A stretch of 61,665 bases of DNA, filler included, from Deltaproteobacteria bacterium (GCA_030698575.1; 11 parts of 11 records of this genome joined end to end with filler, not necessarily neighbours in it); one strand, 5' to 3'; shown: positions 8,332 through 18,582, numbered from the whole stretch's first letter. Numbers and translations: made by a program. Notes: generated by a model from the letters alone, not told the origin.

Positions 8332-10455
8332 GACAACATCCCCGGCGTTCCGGGCGTGGGCGAGAAGACGGCGTCGGATCTCATCCGGCAGTTCGGCAGC
8401 ATCGAGGGCGTGCTCGAGCGCATCGACGAGGTGCGGGGCGAGAAGCGCCGCGAGAACCTGCGCAACCACCGCGAGCAGGCGCTTCTCTCGAGAAAGCTCG
8501 CGACCATAGACTGCAACGTGCCGCTGGATTTCGATCTCGAGGATTTCGCCCGGCGCGACCCCGACCGCGAAGCGCTGGGGAAGCTCTTCACGAAGCTCGA
8601 GTTCGGGCGTCTCTCCCGCGAATTCGGCGAGAACCGCGATGGCCTCTCCTACGACGCCTACGTGACGATCCTGGACGAGAAGGATCTGAAGGCGTTCATC
8701 AAGAAGGCCGCAACGTCCGGCGTTCTCTCGGTCGACGTCGAGACCGATGCCCTCGATCCCATGCGCGCGAACCTCGTGGGCATCTCCCTGGCGGGCAAGC
8801 CGGGAGAGGCGGCCTACGTTCCGCTCGGCCACGTGGGGGAGGGAGTGCCGGCGCAGATCCCGCTCGAGAAGTGCCTCGACATTCTCCGCCCGGTGCTCGA
8901 GAACGACTCGCCCCGGAAGGTGGGTCAGAATCTGAAGTACGACTGGATCGTTTTCAGGCGGCACGGCGTCACCCTCGGCGGGGTCGGGGGCGACTCGATG
9001 ATTGCGGCCTATCTGCTCGACCCCTCGCGCCTTCAGTACAGCCTCGATGATCTCGCGCGGCAGCATCTCGCCCACGACACCATCCGTTTCGAGGACGTGG
9101 CGGGAAAGGGAAAGAACCAGATCCCCTTCTCCGAGGTGGTGCTGGAGAAAGCCGCGCCCTACGCCTGCGAGGATGCGGATGTGGCGCTCCGCCTGGTCCG
9201 TCTGCTCGAGCCGCGTTTGCGCGAGGACGACCTCGAATCGCTCTACACCGACGTCGAGGTACCGCTGCTCGTCCTTCTGGCGCGGATGGAGATGAACGGC
9301 GTCCTGGTCGACCGGGAGAAGCTCGCGGCGCTATCGACCCAATTCGACGACGAGCTTCAGGAGATCGAAAAGCGCGCGCACCAGCTGGCCGGCGAGGCTT
9401 TCAACCTGAACTCCCCCAAGCAGCTTTCGAAGATCCTCTACGAAAAGCTCAAGCTTCCGGTGCTGAAGCGCACGCGCAAGGGGGCCCACTCGACCGACTT
9501 CGATGTTCTCGTGCAGCTCGCCGAGGAGCACGAGCTGCCCCGCGAGATCGTGCGCCACCGGCAAATCGCCAAGCTGAAGGGAACCTACGTCGACGCGCTT
9601 CCGGCGCTGATCCACCCGGAGACGGGCCGCATCCATACGTCCTACAACCAGACGGTGGCGGCCACGGGCCGCCTCTCGTCAAGCGACCCGAACCTGCAGA
9701 ACATCCCCATCCGGACCCCCGAGGGGCGGGAGATACGAAAGGCTTTCGTAGCGGCCCCGGGGCGGCGCCTCCTTTCGGCCGACTACTCGCAGATCGAGCT
9801 TTGCCTCCTGGCCCACCTCTCCGAGGACCCGACCCTCATGGAGGCCTTCCGGCAGGGCGAGGACATCCACAGAAGAACGGCTTCCGAGGTGTTCGGGGTC
9901 CCGCCCGGCGAGGTCACCGATGCCCAGCGCTCGGGCGCCAAGGCGGTGAACTACGGCCTGCTCTATGGCCAGGGGGCCTACGGGCTCTCGCAGCAGCTCG
10001 GCATCAGCACGGGGGAGGCGGAGACCTACATCGAGGGGTACTTCCGGCACTTCGGGGGCGTCCGGGCCTACTTCGACCGGACCCTCGAGGAAGCCCGGGC
10101 CCGGGGCTACGTCACCACGATTTTGAACCGGAGACGGTATCTTCCTGATATAACATCAGAAAAGCGAGGCTTCCGGAGCGCCGCGGAGCGGATGGCCGTG
10201 AATACGAGGCTCCAGGGGAGCGCGGCCGATCTCATCAAGGCGGCCATGCTCCGTGTGCAGGCCCGGCTCGACCGGGAAAGCCCGGAAACCCTCATGATCA
10301 TGCAGGTCCACGACGAACTGGTCTTCGAGGTTCCCCTGGGGGAGGTCGCCGCGGTGACCTCCCTCGTCCGGGCCGAGATGGAGGGGGTCTTCCCCCTCAA
10401 GGTTCCCCTCCGGGCGGACGTCCGGGAGGGGGCCAACTGGGACGAGGCTCACTAG
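8332..10455 (+). CDS. polA: DNA polymerase I (5' truncated)
   Basis: DNIPGVPGVGEKTA, exonuclease motifs VDVET/QNLKYD/YACEDAD, TGRLSSSDPNLQNIP, ADYSQIEL, QVHDELVFE. Confidence 0.97.
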   Translation, partial: DNIPGVPGVGEKTASDLIRQFGSIEGVLERIDEVRGEKRRENLRNHREQALLSRKLATIDCNVPLDFDLEDFARRDPDREALGKLFTKLEFGRLSREFGENRDGLSYDAYVTILDEKDLKAFIKKAATSGVLSVDVETDALDPMRANLVGISLAGKPGEAAYVPLGHVGEGVPAQIPLEKCLDILRPVLENDSPRKVGQNLKYDWIVFRRHGVTLGGVGGDSMIAAYLLDPSRLQYSLDDLARQHLAHDTIRFEDVAGKGKNQIPFSEVVLEKAAPYACEDADVALRLVRLLEPRLREDDLESLYTDVEVPLLVLLARMEMNGVLVDREKLAALSTQFDDELQEIEKRAHQLAGEAFNLNSPKQLSKILYEKLKLPVLKRTRKGAHSTDFDVLVQLAEEHELPREIVRHRQIAKLKGTYVDALPALIHPETGRIHTSYNQTVAATGRLSSSDPNLQNIPIRTPEGREIRKAFVAAPGRRLLSADYSQIELCLLAHLSEDPTLMEAFRQGEDIHRRTASEVFGVPPGEVTDAQRSGAKAVNYGLLYGQGAYGLSQQLGISTGEAETYIEGYFRHFGGVRAYFDRTLEEARARGYVTTILNRRRYLPDITSEKRGFRSAAERMAVNTRLQGSAADLIKAAMLRVQARLDRESPETLMIMQVHDELVFEVPLGEVAAVTSLVRAEMEGVFPLKVPLRADVREGANWDEAH

Positions 10456-10530
10456 GCCCTAGGGTCCCGGTCTTTCTGGATTTTTCTCTCGTGCGGGACC
10501 GAATAGGATCGAAACGGAGGCGTCAGGGCC

Positions 10531-11115
10531 GTGGACAGGTCAGCAAACGGCGGACCGTCCGATCTCGAACTGGTAGAGCGTTGCCAGGCCGATGATACGG
10601 CGGCTTTCCAGGTGCTCGTGGAGCGCTACCAGCAGCGCGCCACCCGCTTGGCCTACCGCTACGTTCGCAACCAGGAGGACGCCCGGGACATCACCCAGGA
10701 AGCTTTCATCCGGGCCTTCCGATCAATCAAGGACTTTCGAAACGAGTCCCAGTTCTACACCTGGCTCTACCGCATCCTGGTGAACCTCTCGCTGGATCAC
10801 CTCCGGAGGAACAAGATGGAAACCTCCGAGTACCAGGACGATCTCATGCTCCGGAGCCAGACGGTCGCCGAGGCGCAGCACAAGCGCACCAATCCGCGCG
10901 AGGAGCTCTGGAAGAAACAGCGGCAGGTGGCGATCGTCGGGGCGATCGAATCTTTGCCGGACGATCAGAAGACCACGGTGATCCTCCGGGAGATAGACGG
11001 ACTTTCCTACGAGGAGATCGCCCAGGTAACGCGGGTGCCGATCGGCACCGTGATGTCGCGGCTCTTCTACGCAAGACGGAAGCTGCAGGACAAGTTAAAG
11101 GAGTACGTGGACTAG
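10531..11115 (+). CDS. ECF RNA polymerase sigma factor (RpoE-like)
   Basis: DITQEAFIRAF, FYTWLYRI, LSYEEIA..PIGTVMSRL. Confidence 0.92.
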   Translation: MDRSANGGPSDLELVERCQADDTAAFQVLVERYQQRATRLAYRYVRNQEDARDITQEAFIRAFRSIKDFRNESQFYTWLYRILVNLSLDHLRRNKMETSEYQDDLMLRSQTVAEAQHKRTNPREELWKKQRQVAIVGAIESLPDDQKTTVILREIDGLSYEEIAQVTRVPIGTVMSRLFYARRKLQDKLKEYVD

Positions 11116-11146
11116 CTGACAGGATCTGGTCCGGAAGGGCCAGCCA

Positions 11147-11650
11147 ATGGGGGAAGTAGCGATGGAATCGCCGGAAACCTGCGAAGCGCGAGATGAACGG
11201 CTGAGCGTCTTCGTCGACGGCCAACTGGGCCAGAGGGAGCGGGTGGGCATCGAGGCGCACCTGGATGGCTGCGAGCGCTGCCGCCAGGAGGTTGCGCGTT
11301 TCGGGCGGCTCTCGGCCCTGCTGCGTGAGGCCGACGCGGAGGCCCTGGCGGCGCTTCCCGAGGTGTCGTTGTGGGAGCCCATATCGGCCGAGATCACCAG
11401 CGGCCCGCGCGGCGGAATTCTCGGTGTGATCGCGAAGAGCTGGGAAAACCTGGCGCCGGTCTGGGCGCGCCCCGTCTGGGTGCCGCTCGCGATCGGCGCG
11501 GCCCTGGCTCTGATCCTCGCGCTTCCGCTCATCAAGGGCGGGGGCGAGCTGCAGGCCGACGAGGCGATCGTCGAGAGCGTCGACGAGGGCGAAGTAATGG
11601 TGATCAAGCAGGGAAATAGCAGTACCATCATCTGGGTGTTCGATGACTGA
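11147..11650 (+). CDS. Zinc-binding (zf-HC2) membrane anti-sigma factor
   Basis: HLDGCERC (HxxxCxxC), one TM helix, directly after the ECF sigma. Confidence 0.85.
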   Translation: MGEVAMESPETCEARDERLSVFVDGQLGQRERVGIEAHLDGCERCRQEVARFGRLSALLREADAEALAALPEVSLWEPISAEITSGPRGGILGVIAKSWENLAPVWARPVWVPLAIGAALALILALPLIKGGGELQADEAIVESVDEGEVMVIKQGNSSTIIWVFDD

Positions 11651-12221
11651 TGAATCGAACCGCGAGGATGGGAGGGACAGCGTGAAAAAGAGGGGACGGA
11701 CCCTGCACATCCTGATGGCGGCCGTGATTGCGCTGGCCTTCTGGCCCGCGCCGGGCGCCGGGGCGGGGGAGGAGGCGCTGCGGGTGGCACACGCGGGGCC
11801 CCGCCTGATCCTGCAGCCGGGCGCGCGCGCCGGATTCGGGGCGCTGAGCGCCTGGGCGCAAGGATCGAAGATCGCACTCGACGTCAAGGTCATCCGGGCG
11901 TCGAACGACGGAACCGGGATCGATCCGGAACTGGGCGATCTGCGGAGCCGCCTGTCTAACCTGAAGTTCAACTCCTACAAACTGGTGTCGTCGAAATCGC
12001 TGAATGTCGAACCGCCCAAGGGAGGCAAGGTTTCTCTTCCCGGAGGGAAGGTGCTTCAGTTAGGTGATGTGGCGCGGACGGACGATCGGGTGCAGATGGA
12101 CGTGTCGGTCGCGAACATCGTGCGCACGCGCGTCTCGCTGGCGAACCACGGGACAGTCATGCTGGGCGGTATCGACGACGCGAACGGAGAACTCATTCTG
12201 GCGATCTCCGCGAACTTCTAA
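11643..12221 (+). CDS. Hypothetical exported protein, third gene of the ECF module
   Basis: Overlaps the anti-sigma stop; signal-peptide-like N-terminus; beta-rich C-terminus. Confidence 0.7.
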   Translation: MTDESNREDGRDSVKKRGRTLHILMAAVIALAFWPAPGAGAGEEALRVAHAGPRLILQPGARAGFGALSAWAQGSKIALDVKVIRASNDGTGIDPELGDLRSRLSNLKFNSYKLVSSKSLNVEPPKGGKVSLPGGKVLQLGDVARTDDRVQMDVSVANIVRTRVSLANHGTVMLGGIDDANGELILAISANF

Positions 12222-12244
12222 AGCACGCGGACGCTGAACGTACG

Positions 12245-12275
12245 AAGGCGGGAGCCCTGGCTCCCGCCTTTTTTT
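12245..12275 (+). terminator. Rho-independent terminator
   Basis: AAGGCGGGAGCC-CT-GGCTCCCGCCTT followed by a T run. Confidence 0.85.
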
Positions 12276-12311
12276 GTCCGCGCATCCCGGCTGCGCGCGG
12301 AAACGGCCTGC

Positions 12312-12364
12312 GCGCATGTCATTGCGAGGAGGGCCGGAGGCCCGACGAAGCAATCCCCCTCGCA
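12312..12364. repeat. REP-like palindromic repeat (GTCATTGCGAGG...CGAAGCAATCC family)
   Basis: 53-bp unit matching the reverse complement of 42310-42362 with 2 mismatches; partial third copy at 12592-12617. Confidence 0.85.
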
Positions 12365-12717
12365 TTGGCCACTGAATCGATCGCGCGGCCTTCCCGTGCT
12401 CGGCGGGTCCCGCCCCCGCGCGGCGCAACGGCGGCGCAAGCCCCTCGCGCGCCAGCGAAGGTCGCATGATGGGTGTCAGGGTGCGCGGCGATGCCGGGCG
12501 ACTGGTCGCTGGCGCGCTTCGGGCGCCGCCTTTCGCGCCAAGCGCGCGGGGACTCCCGCCGGGGCGCGGAAAGGCCGCGCCCCCACCCGCCTGTCATTGC
12601 GAGGCGCCCCGGCGGGGNNNNNNNNNNNNNNNNNNNNNNNNNNNNNNNNNNNNNNNNNNNNTTAATTAATTAANNNNNNNNNNNNNNNNNNNNNNNNNNN
12701 NNNNNNNNNNNNNNNNN

Positions 12718-12950
12718 CCGCGGCCCCGATGCCGGCCCCCGTCGAGGCGTCGGACGATCTCGTTCCGGCGCTCGAGGAGACCGTCGACTCTCAGGCCGCG
12801 TCCCAGACTGACGTCACCGACATCGACTTCGAGCCTCTCGGAGCCGACGAGGAGCTCAGCTCCCCGGTCGATGAACTCGATCTCCTCGACGGCATCGAAC
12901 CGCAGCGGCGACAGAAGCCCGAGAAGGATCTCGAGAAAGACGAAGACTGA
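12718..12950 (+). CDS. Acidic C-terminal fragment of an unknown protein
   Basis: Open from the contig start, D/E-rich, stop overlaps the next ATG. Confidence 0.55.
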
Positions 12951-13531
12951 TGTCGGCGATCAACACCACCCACCCGGGTCGTTCCCCGCGGGCCGAAAAG
13001 CTGCCGGACCCGGTGGAGATCCGAACCCTCGCCCGGATGATCGAGGAGCTGGACTACTATCAGGTACTCAAGGTGGAGCCCGGAGCCGCACTGGGCGGAA
13101 TCCGGGCCGCCTATCACGAGCAGTCGCGCATCTTCCACCCCGACCGTTACCTCTCGATCGACGACGATAGCCTGCGCCGGGCCGTCAACGACGTCGCCAA
13201 GCGAATCAAGGAAGCCTACGCCGTCCTGCGCCATCCCGTGAAGCGCAGGCAGTACAACCTCGTGCTCCAGGACGGAACGCGGCGTGAGAAAGGCCTCCGG
13301 TTCACCCAGGCAACCGCCGTTGCCGCCCAGCGCGCCCGCGAGGAAGCCGTCGGCAAGACGCCCAAGGGTCGGGAGTTCATCCGGATGGCCGAGGAAGAGC
13401 GACGGAAGGGAAACTTCGCTGCGGCGCTTCGCAACGTGAAGATGGCGCTGGTGTACGAGCCGGGGAACCCTCGCTTCGTCACCCTGCAGCAAGAGATCGG
13501 CCAATCGCAGCGGGGCATCAAGAACTCCTGA
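12950..13531 (+). CDS. J-domain (DnaJ-like) protein with TPR-like C-terminus
   Basis: DYYQVL, FHPD motif, IKEAYAVL..RRQY. Confidence 0.88.
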   Translation: MSAINTTHPGRSPRAEKLPDPVEIRTLARMIEELDYYQVLKVEPGAALGGIRAAYHEQSRIFHPDRYLSIDDDSLRRAVNDVAKRIKEAYAVLRHPVKRRQYNLVLQDGTRREKGLRFTQATAVAAQRAREEAVGKTPKGREFIRMAEEERRKGNFAAALRNVKMALVYEPGNPRFVTLQQEIGQSQRGIKNS

Positions 13532-13576
13532 TATTCACTTGACCTCCCCTGGGTCATGGGTTAATTGTTCACACCC

Positions 13577-14824
13577 ATGACACGTCCCTGTTTCTCCCTA
13601 CAAACTGTTTCCGGAACGAACCGATCGCGCAATCCGATGCCGATGCGGCCGGGGGCCGCTGTGCGCCTGGCGGCGCTCTTTCTCGTGACGGCCCTGATCC
13701 TCCCCGCGGCCGCCGCCGGTGCCGAGCCCCGGGCCGGGCGAAGCGGCCCCGAGATCACGGCGCCGATCGGCCTGCTCGTGGAGGCCTCGTCGGGCAGGGT
13801 GCTCTTCGAGAAGAACGCCGACGAACTCCATCCGCCCGCCAGCATCGCCAAGATCATGACCATGCTGCTCATCATGGAGGCCATCGACTCCGGGGAGATC
13901 AGCCTGGACGACAAGGTGGTGGTGAGCGCCCAGGCATCGAAGATCGGCGGATCGCAAGCCTATCTCGCGGAAGGGGAGGAGATGACCGTCCGCGACCTGC
14001 TGAAGGCGATCGCGATCCACTCCGCGAACGACGCCTGCGTCGCACTCGCCGAATACATCACAGGAGACGTCGAAGCCTTCGTCGACCGGATGAACGACCG
14101 GGCGCGGGAACTCGGGATGGATCATACGGACTTTTACACTCCTCACGGGCTACCGCCCGGGCCTGGGCAGGAGCCGGACATGACGACCGCTCGCGAGGTC
14201 GTCATCATGTCGGTCGCCCTCATTCAGAAACACCCGAAGATCCTCGAGTTCACGGGCACCGCCCACGACAGCCTCCGGGACGGGAAGTTCCGCCTGGACA
14301 ACACCAACAAACTCGTGGGACGCGTGGCGGGGGTGGACGGTCTCAAAACCGGATTTACCAATACCGCGGGCTTCGGCCTTGCGGCCACGGCCAAACGCAA
14401 GGATCTGCGGATGGTCTCGGTGGTCATGGGGGCGAAGAGCAACCGCGACCGGGCGAGTGACTCTGCCCGGCTCCTCAGCTACGGTTTCTCCCACCTGCGG
14501 CACTATACGGCCGCCAAGCAGGGGCTGGACATCGAGGAGATAGGCGTGTCCCGCGGGAGAACCGAACGGGTTATGGCGCAGGCGGGCACCGATTTCAAGA
14601 TCCTTCTCCCCCGGGGCGATGAGCGGCAACTCGTGTTCGAAGTTAAGCCGCTGGAGGATCTCCGGGCGCCCCTCAAGGCCGGACAGGAAGTCGGCACCTA
14701 CGTCGCGCTTCTGAACGGCGAAGTCGTCGGCAAGATCCCGCTCGTGGCGCGGGACCCCGTCGAGAAAGCCAACATTGTCATCCTCTTCTTCCGCTTGCTG
14801 CTGGCTCTGCTTCACTTTTCCTAG
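13577..14824 (+). CDS. D-alanyl-D-alanine carboxypeptidase (peptidase S11, DacA-like); start uncertain
   Basis: SIAK (SxxK), SAN, PHGL, LKTG motifs. Confidence 0.92.
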   Translation: MTRPCFSLQTVSGTNRSRNPMPMRPGAAVRLAALFLVTALILPAAAAGAEPRAGRSGPEITAPIGLLVEASSGRVLFEKNADELHPPASIAKIMTMLLIMEAIDSGEISLDDKVVVSAQASKIGGSQAYLAEGEEMTVRDLLKAIAIHSANDACVALAEYITGDVEAFVDRMNDRARELGMDHTDFYTPHGLPPGPGQEPDMTTAREVVIMSVALIQKHPKILEFTGTAHDSLRDGKFRLDNTNKLVGRVAGVDGLKTGFTNTAGFGLAATAKRKDLRMVSVVMGAKSNRDRASDSARLLSYGFSHLRHYTAAKQGLDIEEIGVSRGRTERVMAQAGTDFKILLPRGDERQLVFEVKPLEDLRAPLKAGQEVGTYVALLNGEVVGKIPLVARDPVEKANIVILFFRLLLALLHFS

Positions 14825-14968
14825 ACTACCGGGATGGACGCATTACAGCGTCGCCGGAACGGACTCCTGCCCCGATCACTTCCACGCTGACACTATAACC
14901 TCACCCCTGGAACATTCGCGCAGCCGACCTGGAACGGTTAGACTGGAGTCGGGAGGAAAGCGAAGCGC

Positions 14969-17266
14969 ATGAAGCCCAAGACCCCTGATCGGCACATGAG
15001 AACCATCCTCGAGATCGGCAAGCTCATCACGGGCAGCCACGAGTTGCATCGTGTCCTCCAGGGGGTGGTTTCGAAAGTTTCAAGCGTGATGGGAACCGAT
15101 GTGGCCTCCCTCTATCTGCTCGACAGCGCGCGGAATGAGCTGGTGCTGGCAAGCACCAAGGGGCTCTCGCCCCAGTCGGTCGGACAGGTTCGCATGAAGA
15201 TCGGCGAGGGGCTCACAAGCCTCTGCGTCGAGCGGATGCGCCCGGTTGCGGTCCCCGATGCGAAACGCCACCCCAGGTACAAATTCTTCCCCGAAACTCA
15301 CGAAGAGAAGTACCGCGCATTTCTCGCCGTCCCCCTGATCGACAAGCACAGGCCCGTCGGCGCGCTGGTGGTCCAGACCAGGGAGTCGCGCGAATTCACG
15401 CGGGACGAGGTGAATCTTCTCTCGGCTATCGCCACCCAGGTTGTGGGCGTCGTCGAGAACGCAAGGCTGCTGGAGCAGGTCGAGCGCAGCAAGAGCGAGT
15501 CCGCCGCTCCATCGCGGCCCGAGGCGAAGAAGCCCGCTACCACGCTCCTCAGCGGGCTAGGGGCGTCGGAGGGGATTGGCGTCGGCCAGGCGGTCAACCT
15601 GCGGCGCCGCACGAAGATCGCCGCCGACACGAAGCGAGTGGGGAATCTCAAGGCCGAGAAGCGGCGCATGGTAACAGCCCTCCGCAGCGCCGAGCGCGAG
15701 ACCGCAGAAACGGTGCGCCGCGCCGCGAAGCACTTCTCACGCGAGGAGATCGCGATCTTCGACGCCTACGAGCTTATCCTGAAGGATCCCACTTACCGCG
15801 ATCGGATTCTCGAAGGGATCGACAGTGGATTGAGCGCGCCGGAGGCGCTCCAGAAGGTCACAAAGGATTACGCGCGGGCCCTGGCCAAGGCTGAAGACTT
15901 CTATCTCCGTGAGCGCGCCTACGACGTGGAAGACGTCGGCGCACGAATCCTCGAGTATCTCGTGGGTGCCGAGCGGAAGCTCGAGCGCGCGCGGAATCAG
16001 CGGGCCCCGGAGGTGCTCTTCGCACAGACGCTGGGGGTTTACGACCTGGTCGAACTCGATCGAAAGCGTTTCCAGGCCGCCGTCACCGCAAGCGGGGCGG
16101 TGTACTCCCACGTCGCGATCCTGGCCCGGGCGATGAACTTCCCGATCGTCCTGGGTGTGGAAGGGCTGCTCGAGCAGGTCAAGGCAGGGGATCGGATCGT
16201 GGTCGACGGCACCGCCGGCCTCGTCCACGTGAACCCCCAGACCACGGTCGAAACCGAGTACCGCAAGGCCCAGAAGGAGGAACAGGCGCTCCGGCGGAAG
16301 ATGCTCGGCGAGTCGCCGGTGCCCGCGACGACCCTCGACAGCGTCACCGTCAGCATCGGCGCCAACGTCGGGATGCTCTCGAACGTGCGCGAGGCCGTCC
16401 TGGCGGGCGTGGACGAAATAGGGCTCTACCGGACAGAGTTTCCCTTCCTCATCCGGAGCACAACCCCGACGGAGGAGGAGCAGTACAATATCTACCGGAA
16501 AGTGCTCGAGCAGATGGAGGGGAAGCCGGTCACTCTGCGCACCCTCGATGTGGGGGGCGACAAGACGCTTTCCTACATCGGTTTTCCGACCCAGGAGAAC
16601 CCCAACCTCGGCTGGCGGTCGATTCGCGTCTCGCTGGAGCGCGAGGACCTGTTCAAGATCCAGCTTCGCGCGGTCTTCCGAGCGGCGCTGCACGGGAAGC
16701 TCAATCTGCTCTTTCCGATGATCACGCGCGTCGAGGAGGTGCGGCGCGTGAAGGAAATACTGGCCGATGTGACAGCCGAGCTACGGGAGGAGAACGTCCC
16801 CCACGAGAGGAATATCCCCATCGGGGCGATGATCGAAGTTCCCGGCGCGGTCCACATCATCGACGCGCTGGCGCGCGAAGTCGATTTCTTCAGCATCGGG
16901 ACGAACGATCTGGTCCAGTACACGCTGGCTGTCGATCGCAATAATCAAAAGGTGGCGCCGCTGTACGATCCGCTGCATCCGTCGGTGCTTCACCTGATCA
17001 GGCTGGTGGTGGAGTCGGGCGAGCGAAACGACCGCCTCGTAACCGTCTGCGGGGAGATGGCGGGCGATCCGCTTTACGCCGCCGCCCTCCTGGCGCTGGG
17101 CGTACGCAGGCTCAGCATGGGAGCGAGCGCCATACCACGCCTCAAGCTCTTCATCCGGAAGATCGAAATGAAACGCCTGCGCGACCTGGGCCCCGCCCTC
17201 CTGAAGCTCGATACCAGCAGCGAGATCCGCGCCGCCCTGAAGGAACTGCTGCCACCCGCCGACTAG
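14969..17266 (+). CDS. ptsP: PEP-protein phosphotransferase EI-Ntr (GAF + enzyme I)
   Basis: N-terminal GAF domain, SHVAILARA phospho-His, GLYRTEF, RTLDVGGDK, SIGTNDL, VCGEMAGDP. Confidence 0.93.
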   Translation: MKPKTPDRHMRTILEIGKLITGSHELHRVLQGVVSKVSSVMGTDVASLYLLDSARNELVLASTKGLSPQSVGQVRMKIGEGLTSLCVERMRPVAVPDAKRHPRYKFFPETHEEKYRAFLAVPLIDKHRPVGALVVQTRESREFTRDEVNLLSAIATQVVGVVENARLLEQVERSKSESAAPSRPEAKKPATTLLSGLGASEGIGVGQAVNLRRRTKIAADTKRVGNLKAEKRRMVTALRSAERETAETVRRAAKHFSREEIAIFDAYELILKDPTYRDRILEGIDSGLSAPEALQKVTKDYARALAKAEDFYLRERAYDVEDVGARILEYLVGAERKLERARNQRAPEVLFAQTLGVYDLVELDRKRFQAAVTASGAVYSHVAILARAMNFPIVLGVEGLLEQVKAGDRIVVDGTAGLVHVNPQTTVETEYRKAQKEEQALRRKMLGESPVPATTLDSVTVSIGANVGMLSNVREAVLAGVDEIGLYRTEFPFLIRSTTPTEEEQYNIYRKVLEQMEGKPVTLRTLDVGGDKTLSYIGFPTQENPNLGWRSIRVSLEREDLFKIQLRAVFRAALHGKLNLLFPMITRVEEVRRVKEILADVTAELREENVPHERNIPIGAMIEVPGAVHIIDALAREVDFFSIGTNDLVQYTLAVDRNNQKVAPLYDPLHPSVLHLIRLVVESGERNDRLVTVCGEMAGDPLYAAALLALGVRRLSMGASAIPRLKLFIRKIEMKRLRDLGPALLKLDTSSEIRAALKELLPPAD

Positions 17267-18582
17267 CCCGGCCCGCATCCCGCCTCCTGGGCTCCACCTG
17301 CGCCCGAGCGGCGTCGGTGCCGCCACCACTCGGCGGCCCAGACGATCGCTCCCGCGGCGTAAGCCGCCGCTTTCCATCCATCGTGCTCCTGAAGTCCTTC
17401 CCACCCGCCCGTTGCCGCCACGAGCCCCTCGGCGTACAGCGGGACCGTGAGGCTCAGCGCCACCCAGCCCCAGGGCCGCCCCAGCGCAAGCCAGGGAAGG
17501 ACCCAGAGGAAGTACCAGGGGTGAACCGTCGGGCTCAGTAGCAGCGTCGCGCCGAGCATGACGCGCGCCCCCCGCGCGGGATCGGACTCCCGCGCCGCGA
17601 GCGCCCCCCCGATGGCAAGGAGCGCCGCGGCGCAGAGCAGCCGGGCCCAGCCGGGTCCGAGGGCGATGGTGGCCAGGGCGTTCAGCGAATCGGCGAAGTG
17701 CCCCTCGGCATGGAAGCGGCGAAGGCTCGCGAAGAGATCCGGCCCGGCATCGAGGTACGGAACGGCGAGCAACAGCCCCGCCCCGGCGGCAGCGAGGAGG
17801 CCGGGAAAGCGCAGGCGGCGCGCCCAGACAAGGAGGAGCGGCAGTGCGGTCCATTTGGCCATGATCGCCGCGCCCGCGAGCAACCCGCCGAGGGATCGCG
17901 CGCGCGCCCTGCCGGCGGCCCAGGGAACCGGCAGGGACAGGGCGGCCAGAATGAGCGGGAGCAGGAGGAGCGGCTCCATGTGCCCCCTCCCCGCGTTCTG
18001 AAACGTCGCCAGCGGGCTCCACGCGTAGACCAGCGCACGCCCCGGCGGCAGGCCCCGCTTACGGAGCAGCAGCCCCAGGGCCGCCACGACGAGGAGATCC
18101 AGACCCGCCATCACCCCCTTGAATCCCCGGGGACCGAGCCCGGCCGCGGCCAGCAGACGGAAGATCCGCTGGGCGCCGGGCGGATAGATCGCGGGAAAGT
18201 CGGGGTGATTGATGCCGGACCAGACGTCGTCGCGCTGTTCTTCCAGGGCGGGGTCCGCCGGCGCCGAAACGAAGGGGTTGATTCCTTCGCGCTGAACCCG
18301 TCCCTCCCACACGTACCGGTTGACGTCGTCCGAAGGCGCTGCGCCCAGGACCAGGAGGCGCATGAGGACGGCCACGACGAGCACCGCGGCGAAGGAAGGC
18401 GCGCCACCCGGACGGAGCGCCGCGCGCAGCGCCCACGCGTAGGGGACAAATCCGGCTGCAAAGGAAACGAGAAGGCCCCCCGTTGCGAGGGGGGCCTTTC
18501 CGAAATAACCCATCGCCGCGGCGGCCATGCAGGCCGCTACGGCCGCCGGAAGGATTCCGGCCCGGGCCGCGGGATCAGGCAT
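17263..18582 (-). CDS. Polytopic GT-C-type (GT87/DUF2029-like) glycosyltransferase
   Basis: SDDVNRYVWEG, IYPP, YAWSPL, LSPTVHPWY; many TM helices. Confidence 0.75.
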   Translation of the reverse strand: MPDPAARAGILPAAVAACMAAAAMGYFGKAPLATGGLLVSFAAGFVPYAWALRAALRPGGAPSFAAVLVVAVLMRLLVLGAAPSDDVNRYVWEGRVQREGINPFVSAPADPALEEQRDDVWSGINHPDFPAIYPPGAQRIFRLLAAAGLGPRGFKGVMAGLDLLVVAALGLLLRKRGLPPGRALVYAWSPLATFQNAGRGHMEPLLLLPLILAALSLPVPWAAGRARARSLGGLLAGAAIMAKWTALPLLLVWARRLRFPGLLAAAGAGLLLAVPYLDAGPDLFASLRRFHAEGHFADSLNALATIALGPGWARLLCAAALLAIGGALAARESDPARGARVMLGATLLLSPTVHPWYFLWVLPWLALGRPWGWVALSLTVPLYAEGLVAATGGWEGLQEHDGWKAAAYAAGAIVWAAEWWRHRRRSGAGGAQEAGCGPG

